DNA of 46,194 nucleotides from a virus. The notes under the pieces were generated by a model. That model ran no database searches. It saw only the letters and a program-made list of their open reading frames with translations, and was not told where the DNA came from. Below are positions 31,301 through 39,239 of this stretch, piece by piece. The stretch lies in the IMG/VR virus record IMGVR_UViG_3300006467_000162; one strand, 5' to 3'. Each line of letters starts with the position of its first letter. Within the stretch, counting starts at the first letter, position 1. The position numbers and the translations under genes are program-made.

Positions 31301-31639
31301 ATGAAAAAGCGACTGAGCCCAAGACAAGCAATCTGGTGGAGCCTGGCGTTTGTGGTGTTGATCCTTCTGGTGGCTCCATCGGCCAAAGCAAACACTGGAA
31401 CCCCGAGTGAATGCGCCTTAACCGCGCTGGCGGCTTTGAAGGCGGCCCAGATGGAGAACCCGAAACCGGAAAACTTCATTGAAGCCCGCTTCATCAAACT
31501 CAGCCGCTACCTGTGGCACCACTCCCGCGGCAATGAGGCCCGCTTCCTTGGATGGTATCGGAAAGCCTGCAATGACGGCCGCCTGCCGAAGTACATCAGA
31601 GTCAAAGAGGATCGCGTGATCCTGGGGAATGAAGCATGA
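31301..31639 (+). CDS. Secreted small protein
   Basis: ATG after GGAGG. Signal peptide MKKRLSPRQAIWWSLAFVVLILLVAPSAKA. Confidence 0.6.
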   Translation: MKKRLSPRQAIWWSLAFVVLILLVAPSAKANTGTPSECALTALAALKAAQMENPKPENFIEARFIKLSRYLWHHSRGNEARFLGWYRKACNDGRLPKYIRVKEDRVILGNEA

Positions 31640-32022
31640 AACGAACACCCATGACCCGGAAAACACCGCTGAAGGCAAGGGCCCCGATCAAGCGAAAGCC
31701 CAGCCGCAAGTCCGCCAGCCGGCCAAAGACCACACCAATACGCCAGAGCGCCGAGGGAAAGCCCTGCCAAGTTCGTGTTCCTTTCGTCTGCAATGGTGAC
31801 TGGTCAACGACGGTTCTGGCTCACCTGAACGGGGCAGGGATGGCCATGAAAGCTCATGACCATGAAGGGGCCTATGCCTGCAGCGCGTGCCACTCATGGC
31901 TTGATGGCGGTTATGCAAAGACGCACACAAGGGCAGAGCGTGACCTTTGGCACTTGGAGGGCGTCATCAGAACCCAGCGCCTTCTGATCGAGGAAGGCTA
32001 TCAATTCAGGAAGGTGGCGTGA
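31636..32022 (+). CDS. YbcO-like (DUF1364) putative nuclease
   Basis: CQVRVPFVCNGDWSTTVLAHL...KAHDHEGAYACSACHSWLD parallels E. coli YbcO (CQVRIPGVCNGNPETSVLAH..ACSACHD). Confidence 0.65.
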   Translation: MKRTPMTRKTPLKARAPIKRKPSRKSASRPKTTPIRQSAEGKPCQVRVPFVCNGDWSTTVLAHLNGAGMAMKAHDHEGAYACSACHSWLDGGYAKTHTRAERDLWHLEGVIRTQRLLIEEGYQFRKVA

Positions 32023-32624
32023 TGGAAAGACCAACAGAACAGCAGCTGCGCGATCCGGCGTGGTGGGATGAGAACATCCCTTTCGGGGCCACCCACTTTA
32101 TTTCCGGAAAGAGTGTTTTTAGCGATGTTTTTTGGCGAGTAGTAAATGGCGTTGGAGTTGAGGCTTGGGCGGTGGGTGTTGACTCCTTGGTTCATTACAG
32201 AGATCCATCGTGGGCGTACGACACACTCCCGGGCGGTGCAATACCACGCCCCACCAAGTCAGACCCAGAGGCCTGGGTGAAGGACCTGCCAGAGAGGGCG
32301 CCAGAAGAATGGCAAGACTGGAAGATTGCCCCGGGCAGTTGGCCCTATTGGATGCTTCAGCGCATTGCCGCCGAAACCGGGCGGATGAGTTACGACAACC
32401 CGGTGAAGGGCATGATTCGTGATCTTTGGTCCCAAGTTGATCGTCCAGAAAAGCAGAAACAACAGGACCAGATCCAGAGGGAGCACTACGCCAAAGAGCA
32501 GAAGGAGCGGGCGGAAACTATCGAGGCTGCCATGAATGCTTGCCCTTACCCTGGAAGCAACAGCACCCGCATTGACGTAGAAGCACTATATGACGCCGGC
32601 CTGCTGCGCAAGGGGGCGGAATGA
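32022..32624 (+). CDS. Hypothetical protein (FGATHF motif)
   Basis: Start at MERPTEQQ (TGATG overlap). 200 aa. Confidence 0.5.
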   Translation: MERPTEQQLRDPAWWDENIPFGATHFISGKSVFSDVFWRVVNGVGVEAWAVGVDSLVHYRDPSWAYDTLPGGAIPRPTKSDPEAWVKDLPERAPEEWQDWKIAPGSWPYWMLQRIAAETGRMSYDNPVKGMIRDLWSQVDRPEKQKQQDQIQREHYAKEQKERAETIEAAMNACPYPGSNSTRIDVEALYDAGLLRKGAE

Positions 32625-32809
32625 CAGGCAACTGCTGCTACTCATGTGCCGATAAGAAAGTGGATGAGCGCACCGGTTGGAAAGTAACGATGTTCACCAT
32701 GATTGTCTGCCCTGAGTGCGGCAACAAGCGATGCCCGCGGGCTACGCATCACGACAACGCCTGCACTGGCAGCAATGAGCCAGGACAGAAAGGGAGCCGA
32801 TACAAATGA
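32621..32809 (+). CDS. Small Cys-rich (zinc-ribbon-like) protein
   Basis: 62 aa. CCYSC...CPECGNKRCP...C. Confidence 0.45.
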   Translation: MTGNCCYSCADKKVDERTGWKVTMFTMIVCPECGNKRCPRATHHDNACTGSNEPGQKGSRYK

Positions 32810-33186
32810 AAGTGGTTTTCGATCTTCCCTGGCCGCCCTCGGTGAACACCTACTGGCGCAGCACCATCCACAAGCGCCGGGTACGGGTATTGATCAGCGA
32901 AAAGGGGAGGGCATACCGGAAAGCCGTTCTTTCCAGCATTGGCCTGAAGCACAAGAAGATCCACGGCCGGGTGTCTGTCTGGATTGGGGCCAATGCCCCA
33001 GACCGGCGGGCCCGGGATCTGGACAACTTACCCAAGGCCATACTGGACGCTTTAACACACGCTGGGGTGTGGGGAGACGACGAACAGATTGACCAGTTAA
33101 CGATAGTCCGCCAGCCGATTGTGAAGGGTGGGGGTGTGCGCGTGGTCATTTCTGACGAATTGGAGCCCGAAAGGATCACCCCATGA
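32806..33186 (+). CDS. rusA: Holliday-junction resolvase RusA
   Basis: LPWPPSVNTYWR...RRARDLDNLPKAILDALTHAGVWGDDEQI matches the RusA signature. Confidence 0.85.
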   Translation: MKVVFDLPWPPSVNTYWRSTIHKRRVRVLISEKGRAYRKAVLSSIGLKHKKIHGRVSVWIGANAPDRRARDLDNLPKAILDALTHAGVWGDDEQIDQLTIVRQPIVKGGGVRVVISDELEPERITP

Positions 33187-34706
33187 GTGCAACGCAGATC
33201 GATCTGGAAACCATTGATGCCGTTCAACTGTTCCGGAATCAGGTAAAGGCCGCTGAATACCTTGGCATCAGCCGGGTGGCCATGAAGAAACGAATGCGGA
33301 GGATAAGAGCCAAGGGACTGCTGGCGGAGCCAAAGCAAAGAGGCCACAGAATTACCCGCTACGTCATCACCTCTGCCCAGAACAACACCCAGCCACACCA
33401 GCCCTTCCTTGAAAGCCTTCTCCGATACTGCGAACACTTCAACGCCAAGCTGAAAGTGATTCCGGTGAACTACGAAAACATCACGCTCACCAGCAAGAAC
33501 GGGAAAGAGGAAAAGTGGTGGGCCGCTCCCCTGGTTCCGTACTTCGCAACCGAGCGGGAGAAGCTGAACGATAACCTGATGTTGATGGCGGATGTGTCGG
33601 TGAACGCCACCAACAAGCACCCGCTATCCGGATTTGAGACAGTGACCGGGAAGCGATCGGGGATCTTCGGCCACGGCCAGATAGAAATGCTGCCGATCCC
33701 AACCCCTAACGCAAAGCTCCCGAAGATCCTGCACACCACCGGATCCGTCACCGAACCCAACTACTCAGACACCAAGGCCGGCAAGATTGCAGCCGATAAC
33801 CACTGCATTGGTGCCCTGGTAGTTGAGACAGATGGCAATCTGTTCTGGATGCGCCAGCTACGGGCAGACGATACCGGCGGTTTCTATGATCTGAACCTGC
33901 GATTCACCCCGAAAGGCTATGAGCCTGCACCACCAGCCCTTGGCCTGGTCTGTGGGGATATCCATTGGGATTACATTTGCCCGAAGGTGAAGACCGCCAC
34001 GTTTACGGCCGGTGACTCCATCAAGGCAGTGCTGAAGCCTCAAAAGCTGATCCTTCACGATGTACTGGACTTCTATTCCGGCAGCCACCATCACGAACGC
34101 AACCCGCTGCTGAAGTTCCACAAGCACCACCATGGCAAGAACAACATCCGTGCCGAACTGGATCGCTTGGTGGCTGGTATGCGGGAAATCTCCGATCAGG
34201 ACGATGAAATTATCTTCGTGGGCAGCAACCACAACGAACACCTTGACCAGTGGCTGAACCGCTGCAACCCGAACGAGGATCCGGAAAACGCCCTGACGTT
34301 CATGGAAATCCGGATGGAGCAGCTGAAGAAGGCCCAGGACTCTGACCAGTTCCTGAACCCGCTTGAGTGGTGGTTCCAGAAATACCTGCCAGATCGCAAC
34401 TTCAAGTTCATCGATCACGACAACGGCATGGTGGTTGGCCTCTACGACATAAGCAACCACGGCCACATCGGCGCCAACGGCTCCCGCGGTAGCGCCAAGC
34501 AGTTCACCAAGTTCGGCGGGTATTACATTCTCGGCCATAGCCACACGCCCGGGATTTACAAGAACGTCCTGCAGGTGGGCACCAGCTCTGTCCTGCGTCT
34601 CGAGTACAACGATGGCCCCAGCTCATGGCTGAACAGCCATGCGGTGATCTATCCGAACGGCCTAGCCTCGTTGATTCATATCATTGATGGGAGGTGGAGA
34701 GCGTGA
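33183..34706 (+). CDS. HTH plus calcineurin-like metallophosphoesterase fusion protein
   Basis: N-terminal AAEYLGISRVAMKKRMRRI (HTH). Phosphoesterase motifs CGDIHWD, GSNHNEHL and GHSHTPG occur in canonical order. Confidence 0.6.
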   Translation: MSATQIDLETIDAVQLFRNQVKAAEYLGISRVAMKKRMRRIRAKGLLAEPKQRGHRITRYVITSAQNNTQPHQPFLESLLRYCEHFNAKLKVIPVNYENITLTSKNGKEEKWWAAPLVPYFATEREKLNDNLMLMADVSVNATNKHPLSGFETVTGKRSGIFGHGQIEMLPIPTPNAKLPKILHTTGSVTEPNYSDTKAGKIAADNHCIGALVVETDGNLFWMRQLRADDTGGFYDLNLRFTPKGYEPAPPALGLVCGDIHWDYICPKVKTATFTAGDSIKAVLKPQKLILHDVLDFYSGSHHHERNPLLKFHKHHHGKNNIRAELDRLVAGMREISDQDDEIIFVGSNHNEHLDQWLNRCNPNEDPENALTFMEIRMEQLKKAQDSDQFLNPLEWWFQKYLPDRNFKFIDHDNGMVVGLYDISNHGHIGANGSRGSAKQFTKFGGYYILGHSHTPGIYKNVLQVGTSSVLRLEYNDGPSSWLNSHAVIYPNGLASLIHIIDGRWRA

Positions 34707-34894
34707 GCAGTTACACACACTGGTTCGCACCAACGATCTGCTTCGGCCTGTATGTAGAGCGCTGCAGGATAGTGCGGCGAAGGGCCGGGCTAATTGGGTG
34801 GCTTTTTGGCACCGTTAAAATTGAAACGGATCAGGGTTATTCGGGCTGGCAAAGCGAAGATGAGATTTTCGAGATCCCGGAGGAACATCAATGA
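34703..34894 (+). CDS. Hypothetical small protein
   Basis: GTGA overlap start. 63 aa. Confidence 0.35.
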   Translation: MSSYTHWFAPTICFGLYVERCRIVRRRAGLIGWLFGTVKIETDQGYSGWQSEDEIFEIPEEHQ

Positions 34895-35070
34895 CGATTT
34901 CACTTTCATGGTGGGCCCTGCCCATTTTCGTGATGTTTTACTGCCTTTTCCTGACAAGACGACTCATGGTGTCCGACCTGTTCGCCATGATGGTGGCTGG
35001 CGCATTCTCTGCCGGCATGGGGTTGGTGGCCGCACTGCTGGCGGTTCTGGTATGGGGGATTACGAAGTGA
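34891..35070 (+). CDS. Small membrane protein (2 TM), 59 aa, not in the supplied track
   Basis: ATGA overlap start. MTISLSWWALPIFVMFYCLFL...MMVAGAFSAGMGLVAALLAVLVW. Confidence 0.4.
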   Translation: MTISLSWWALPIFVMFYCLFLTRRLMVSDLFAMMVAGAFSAGMGLVAALLAVLVWGITK

Positions 35071-35603
35071 GCGAAGGCAAGAGGATCAAAATTACTCCGC
35101 CAAACTGGCCAACCGCGGCCGATTTCGCGAAAGCGATGAAGCCGATCACTGATCATTTCAACCAAAAATTCCCGCCGGTGAACACTGAAAACGGCATTCC
35201 ATGGCACGAAATCCTTACAGGCTGCCCAGTGCCCGAGAAGAAGCAGGGCATGAAGCTGGTGTATGTAGCCGGCCCCTATCGCGCCGAAACCCGGGAAGGT
35301 GTAGCCCAGAACGTAGCAGCCGCTCGGCACGTTGGCCGCCTCTGCGTTCGCAAGGGCTGGTTTCCTATCCTCCCCACTGTCAACACAGCTCACTTTGATC
35401 ATGACTTCCCAGGGCTTGCGGATGATGACTTCTGGCGGGATGGAACCATGGAGCTGATGCGCCGTTGTGATGCCGTTGTTCTGGTGGATGGCTGGCAGTA
35501 CAGCAGCGGAGCGCACGCAGAGATCAAAGAGGCCCGGAAGATAGGCTTGAAGGTTTACCTGAGCAGCAACGTTCTTCCGCAACTGGAGAAGGTGACAGCA
35601 TGA
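35052..35603 (+). CDS. DUF4406 (nucleoside 2-deoxyribosyltransferase-like) protein
   Basis: KLVYVAGPYRA...ILPTVN...MELMRRCDAVVLVDGWQYSSGAHAEIKEARKIG is the DUF4406 pattern. Start at ATG 35052 or GTG 35067. Confidence 0.65.
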   Translation: MGDYEVSEGKRIKITPPNWPTAADFAKAMKPITDHFNQKFPPVNTENGIPWHEILTGCPVPEKKQGMKLVYVAGPYRAETREGVAQNVAAARHVGRLCVRKGWFPILPTVNTAHFDHDFPGLADDDFWRDGTMELMRRCDAVVLVDGWQYSSGAHAEIKEARKIGLKVYLSSNVLPQLEKVTA

Positions 35604-36250
35604 TTACCTATGAATATAGCTGCGGGCATGAACTGGCCGTCGAAGATGACTCCAAAGTCGTTGCCCCAGCCCAGTGCACCCTGTGCAACGAGGGAAGCAT
35701 GGTTTACCCAGGCCCCAATGCGCTGGAAATGTGGGCAGTCTTTTCTTGCGGGCATCATCTGCGTGTTCCGGAAAACGCGGCCAAGGTTGACCGATTCGGA
35801 TGCAAGACACCTGACTGCAAGGGCCATTTGAATGGGTTTACGGTTCACAACCCCTATGCCCCGGAGTCTGGCCGGAAGTTTGACGGTGAAAAACCAGCCA
35901 TGGATCTGATGCCGCCCCTCATGGAGCTGGAAGTGTCCAAGGTTCTGACCTTCGGCGCCCAGAAATACGATGCCGAAAACTGGCGCCACGTTCCGGATCT
36001 GCACACCCGCTACCGTTCAGCAGCAAAGCGCCACATCAACGCACTCCGCCGTGGTGAGAAGTATGACGAGGAAAGCGGTCTGCACCATGCCGCGCACGCT
36101 GTCTGTTGCCTGATGTTTATGGGTGAGATTGACCTTGAGCAAGATCAGGCCCCAAGCGAATCGCTTGAAGAACGAAAGATCAACGACCTCCTGAAGCGGA
36201 TTGACGAAGTTGGGGCTGACCGTGCGTCCAGAGCACATCGAGGCCAATAA
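35600..36250 (+). CDS. Zn-ribbon plus dATP/dGTP pyrophosphohydrolase-like (DUF5664) protein
   Basis: KPAMDLMPPLMELEVSKVLTFGAQKYDAENWR...RHINALRRGEKYDEESGLHHAAHAVCCLMF. The N-terminus carries a duplicated SCGH(E/H)L motif. Confidence 0.65.
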   Translation: MITYEYSCGHELAVEDDSKVVAPAQCTLCNEGSMVYPGPNALEMWAVFSCGHHLRVPENAAKVDRFGCKTPDCKGHLNGFTVHNPYAPESGRKFDGEKPAMDLMPPLMELEVSKVLTFGAQKYDAENWRHVPDLHTRYRSAAKRHINALRRGEKYDEESGLHHAAHAVCCLMFMGEIDLEQDQAPSESLEERKINDLLKRIDEVGADRASRAHRGQ

Positions 36251-36449
36251 GCTGGTGGATCTGGCCTATACAGAGGACCGGGAAGCCTACAAGGCTGCAC
36301 TGATTGAGCTTTCGAGGAAATACCCGCCTGTACTGTACGAAACGATCAAACAGAATGCGGCCAGGCAGTACCGCATGGAAACGAAAGATCACAGGTTTAC
36401 AGGCTGGCGGGCTGATTGGGTGAATGATAGGCGAGGGGGAAAGGCATGA
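36201..36449 (+). CDS. Hypothetical protein
   Basis: 82-aa ORF. Start uncertain (TTG 36201 or GTG 36222). Overlaps the previous gene end. Confidence 0.4.
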   Translation: MTKLGLTVRPEHIEANKLVDLAYTEDREAYKAALIELSRKYPPVLYETIKQNAARQYRMETKDHRFTGWRADWVNDRRGGKA

Positions 36450-36991
36450 GTTCTAATCGAGGCGCGTATCTTATGGCAAAAATGGCCTGTCACGGCTTGC
36501 GGCCCGGGCTGATATTCGGGGGTAAGGCAGATCTGGACAAGATGGATGTGGCGGCTGCCTGCTCCGGGCTTTCCTCACTGGATTACCACCTGGTCATGGC
36601 GAAGTATTGCGATGACGTTCGAAGCGCGATCACGGCCGTAGGTGAGCTGGATGAGCTGATGGCTGCAACCAGTGAACAGCTGGCGGCCATAGAACCTCAA
36701 TCACGTTCCGCGCTGGCGGCTTTCATGATTCAGGACTTTGTGAGTCCGAAGAAATGCCGGTGGTGCAAGGGCAGGGGTGAAACCAAGACTGGCAACCGCT
36801 TTGTTGAGTGTGGCGGCTGCAATGGAACCGGGACAAAATTGCCATCTGCAAATGCTCGAGCAAAGGCGTGCGATATTCCCGAATCCACATGGCGCTCAAA
36901 GAACCTTTCACGCGACTACGATCGGATCATGAACATGGTGGAGCAGGCAGAAACCTCTGCACTTATGGCAATTTCAAGAAAGGCTTCGTGA
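36446..36991 (+). CDS. Q: Late-gene antiterminator Q (lambda Q type)
   Basis: CRWCKGRGETK..VECGGCNGTGTKLPSANARAKA...STWRS...YDRI parallels lambda Q (CRDCHGTGRAV..ECGRCKGVGYSRMPASAAY..W.R...LYD). It lies upstream of the late promoter and lysis genes. Confidence 0.7.
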   Translation: MSSNRGAYLMAKMACHGLRPGLIFGGKADLDKMDVAAACSGLSSLDYHLVMAKYCDDVRSAITAVGELDELMAATSEQLAAIEPQSRSALAAFMIQDFVSPKKCRWCKGRGETKTGNRFVECGGCNGTGTKLPSANARAKACDIPESTWRSKNLSRDYDRIMNMVEQAETSALMAISRKAS

Positions 36992-36998
36992 GGCAACC

Positions 36999-37604
36999 AT
37001 GCAACGAGTTGAACTGATTGAACCATTCAGCCGGCTACTGAACACCAAAGACTATCCGAAAATCTGTGATGCCAACCACTGCCACGAAAAGCCAGCGCCA
37101 GGTTCGCTGCTGTGCGAGAGGCATATAGACGCAGCCCTGAATTTCTTCGCTGATCAACTGGCGCTGACGCCCGCCGACCACATGAAGCGAGACATTACAC
37201 TGCAGTATGGGCAGGCCTGGACATATCTCGTTGGAAGCCGTCAGCACAGAATAGTAAAGATTGGAGTAACCACCAGGCTCAAGCAAAGAATGAGCAGCTT
37301 ACGGAACAGCAGCCCGGCACCGATCAAACTGTTTGCTGTGGTGTTTGGCTCTCCAAAGATCGAAACTGCACTTCATGAGAAGTTCGCCAAGGATAGGCAG
37401 CATGGTGAATGGTTCACGCTCACAGATGAGATTTCGGAATTCATCGAAGATGTTAAGACCGGGGAAATTGGAAAGCATGTTGATGCCAGCCTATTCCCGG
37501 AAACCATAGAGCAGAGAATCAAGGATCTGGTGCATGGCATAAAATGCCGAGAAGATAAGCCATGGAGCATGGGAGTAAGCACAGCGATTGATTTTTTAGC
37601 ATAG
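36999..37604 (+). CDS. T5orf172 / GIY-YIG-like domain protein with N-terminal Cys/His cluster
   Basis: IVKIGVTTRLKQRMSSLRNSSP...LHEKFAKDRQHGEWFTL is the T5orf172 pattern. Second paralogue in the genome. Confidence 0.6.
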   Translation: MQRVELIEPFSRLLNTKDYPKICDANHCHEKPAPGSLLCERHIDAALNFFADQLALTPADHMKRDITLQYGQAWTYLVGSRQHRIVKIGVTTRLKQRMSSLRNSSPAPIKLFAVVFGSPKIETALHEKFAKDRQHGEWFTLTDEISEFIEDVKTGEIGKHVDASLFPETIEQRIKDLVHGIKCREDKPWSMGVSTAIDFLA

Positions 37605-37606
37605 GG

Positions 37607-37664
37607 TTGCGCCTTTGCGAAAAAAGTGATTCAATATCCCCAGAATCCACGACTATCCCCAGAA
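37607..37664 (+). promoter_or_regulatory. PR'-like late promoter (-35 TTGCGC, 17 nt, extended -10 TGaTTCAAT) plus direct repeat TATCCCCAGAA x2 (candidate qut/pause elements)
   Basis: Hexamers at 37607-12 and 37630-35 with TG at 37627-28. The 11-mers lie at 37635-45 and 37654-64. Confidence 0.5.
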
Positions 37665-37696
37665 ACCCGCAGCCTTCCCGGTTCGCGGGTTTTTTA
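37663..37696 (+). terminator. Rho-independent terminator (aaacccgc...gcgggttt + T-run), tR'-like
   Basis: 8-bp stem with a 14-nt loop, followed by 6 T. Confidence 0.65.
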
Positions 37697-37724
37697 TTGC
37701 CTACTCCGCGCCCCCAGCGCGTTT

Positions 37725-37748
37725 CCCTCCCGTCCCGGAGGGCTTTTT
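37725..37748 (+). terminator. Second terminator (ccctcc-cgtccc-ggaggg-c-TTTTT), preceded by a small cgcgc/gcgcg hairpin at 37707-37721
   Basis: Read directly. It lies 17 nt upstream of the endolysin ATG. Confidence 0.6.
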
Positions 37749-37764
37749 ATTCTCGGAGGTCGCC

Positions 37765-38226
37765 ATGAGCATTCACCCAGGACAACTGCGTGAGTACATC
37801 ATCCGGCCTGTTCTCAATCGTCTGGGCTTGTATTCCGAAGCCGCTGAAGAACTGCTCATGCTGACGGCCGCCACTGAATCCCTGTGTGGCAAGTACGTTC
37901 ATCAGGTGGGTGGGCCAGCTCTGGGCATCTTCCAGATGGAGCCGCGGACACATGACGATATCTGGGACAACTTTCTGAGTTTCAAGCCTGACTTGGCTTC
38001 CAGCGTGAAGCACTTTGGCCGGCTATCTCAGCAGCTCCCGGGCAATCTTTACTATGCGTGTGCCATGGCTCGGGTTCATTACCTGCGAGTCCCGGAGCGC
38101 CTGCCTTCTGCCATTGATGTGGATGGGCTGGCGGACTACTGGAAGGCGCACTACAACACCCACCTCGGCGCCGGGAAACCGGAAGAAGCGATCAAGAATT
38201 ACAAGCGGCTGGCGTTGGTTGATTGA
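37765..38226 (+). CDS. Endolysin, SLT-like lytic transglycosylase (putative)
   Basis: TAATESLCG...GGPALGIFQMEPRTHDDIW resembles the SLT motif (ES...G.GLMQ). It is the first gene after the late promoter. GGAGG SD. Confidence 0.65.
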   Translation: MSIHPGQLREYIIRPVLNRLGLYSEAAEELLMLTAATESLCGKYVHQVGGPALGIFQMEPRTHDDIWDNFLSFKPDLASSVKHFGRLSQQLPGNLYYACAMARVHYLRVPERLPSAIDVDGLADYWKAHYNTHLGAGKPEEAIKNYKRLALVD

Positions 38227-38235
38227 AGGTCCGAT

Positions 38236-38526
38236 ATGACTAAAGACGCAGCAACGACTTGGGAAAGACACGGACAAAGCCTGATCGCAGCACTGATCTT
38301 GGCCGCCATTATCTGGGTGGGTAAGGGAATCACCGATCTTACCGGCACTATGGGCGTGGTTCTCAACCGTATTCAGAACATTGAGCACACCATAGCCGCC
38401 ATGGATGAGCGCTTCGACAAGTACCAGACCAAGCGCGAAGCCGAGAGTGCCAAAGAAACCCAGCTGCTCCGGGACAAGATGCTTCACTCTCGGATTGATG
38501 CTCTGGAAAAGGCGCGGGACAAGTAG
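38236..38526 (+). CDS. Single-TM coiled-coil protein (holin/antiholin or lysis regulator candidate)
   Basis: TM segment SLIAALILAAIIWVG followed by a charged helix. Located in the lysis cassette. Confidence 0.45.
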   Translation: MTKDAATTWERHGQSLIAALILAAIIWVGKGITDLTGTMGVVLNRIQNIEHTIAAMDERFDKYQTKREAESAKETQLLRDKMLHSRIDALEKARDK

Positions 38527-38528
38527 CC

Positions 38529-38738
38529 ATGCCTGATTTCCTTCACCGCCACCGCGTTTTCCGCCGCCTGCTTCTGATCTGGGCTCCGGTCATCATCACC
38601 ATTGTTGTGCTGAGAGTGACTGAGCCTGAAGTGATAACGCAGATTGGCACCGCTGGCGCAACCGTTATTACGGCAGTGATTGGCATTCTTGCCACCGTCA
38701 CCGCGTTCTTCCGCAACCGATCAAACGACGATTCCTGA
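38529..38738 (+). CDS. Holin candidate (2 TM, 69 aa)
   Basis: TM segments LLLIWAPVIITIVVL and GATVITAVIGILATVTAFF with a charged C-terminal tail. Confidence 0.55.
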   Translation: MPDFLHRHRVFRRLLLIWAPVIITIVVLRVTEPEVITQIGTAGATVITAVIGILATVTAFFRNRSNDDS

Positions 38739-39118
38739 TGATCTTCGGCCTCAAAGCAAAACTCATTGCCGGCACCGTGGCAGTATCCGCTGCCTTTGGT
38801 GCGGGCTGGTTGGTCAAGGGTAAGTTTGAGGATTCCAAGGATCTCGCCGCCATGAAGGCTCAGCAGGTTCTGGCGGACAAATTACGCGAAGACCTTGGCG
38901 GAATCGTCACCACCGTTGAGGGCCAGTTAAAAGGGTTGAGGGCCAATGAAAGGGTTATCGACCGAGGGGTGATCCGTGAAATCCAAACGCCTGTTTTCCG
39001 TAACGTGTGCGTTCCTACTGATAGCGAGTCTTTCAGGCTGCTCAACGATCTCGCCGCAGGTAAAGATCCCGCAAAGCCTGCTGACCAAAGTTCCAGACCA
39101 GCTACCGCCACTGACTGA
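38738..39118 (+). CDS. Inner-membrane spanin (Rz-like)
   Basis: N-terminal TM LIAGTVAVSAAFGAGWLV, a coiled-coil periplasmic domain, and a lipoprotein gene overlapping in another frame. Confidence 0.7.
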   Translation: MIFGLKAKLIAGTVAVSAAFGAGWLVKGKFEDSKDLAAMKAQQVLADKLREDLGGIVTTVEGQLKGLRANERVIDRGVIREIQTPVFRNVCVPTDSESFRLLNDLAAGKDPAKPADQSSRPATATD

Positions 39119-39239
39119 CGGCACCGGCCAGGATGTTGTTCTGACCATGCGCGAGTGGGGTGGCCTCTTTCATGAATGCAGGATCCGCCAGCATGGCTTG
39201 GTGGATGCCGTAAACGAGGTTTTGAGTAATGCCCAATAA
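38976..39239 (+). CDS. Outer-membrane lipoprotein spanin (Rz1-like), overlapping the Rz-like gene
   Basis: GTG after GAGGGG. Lipobox LIASLSG|C. Pro-rich mature part. Confidence 0.7.
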   Translation: MKSKRLFSVTCAFLLIASLSGCSTISPQVKIPQSLLTKVPDQLPPLTDGTGQDVVLTMREWGGLFHECRIRQHGLVDAVNEVLSNAQ

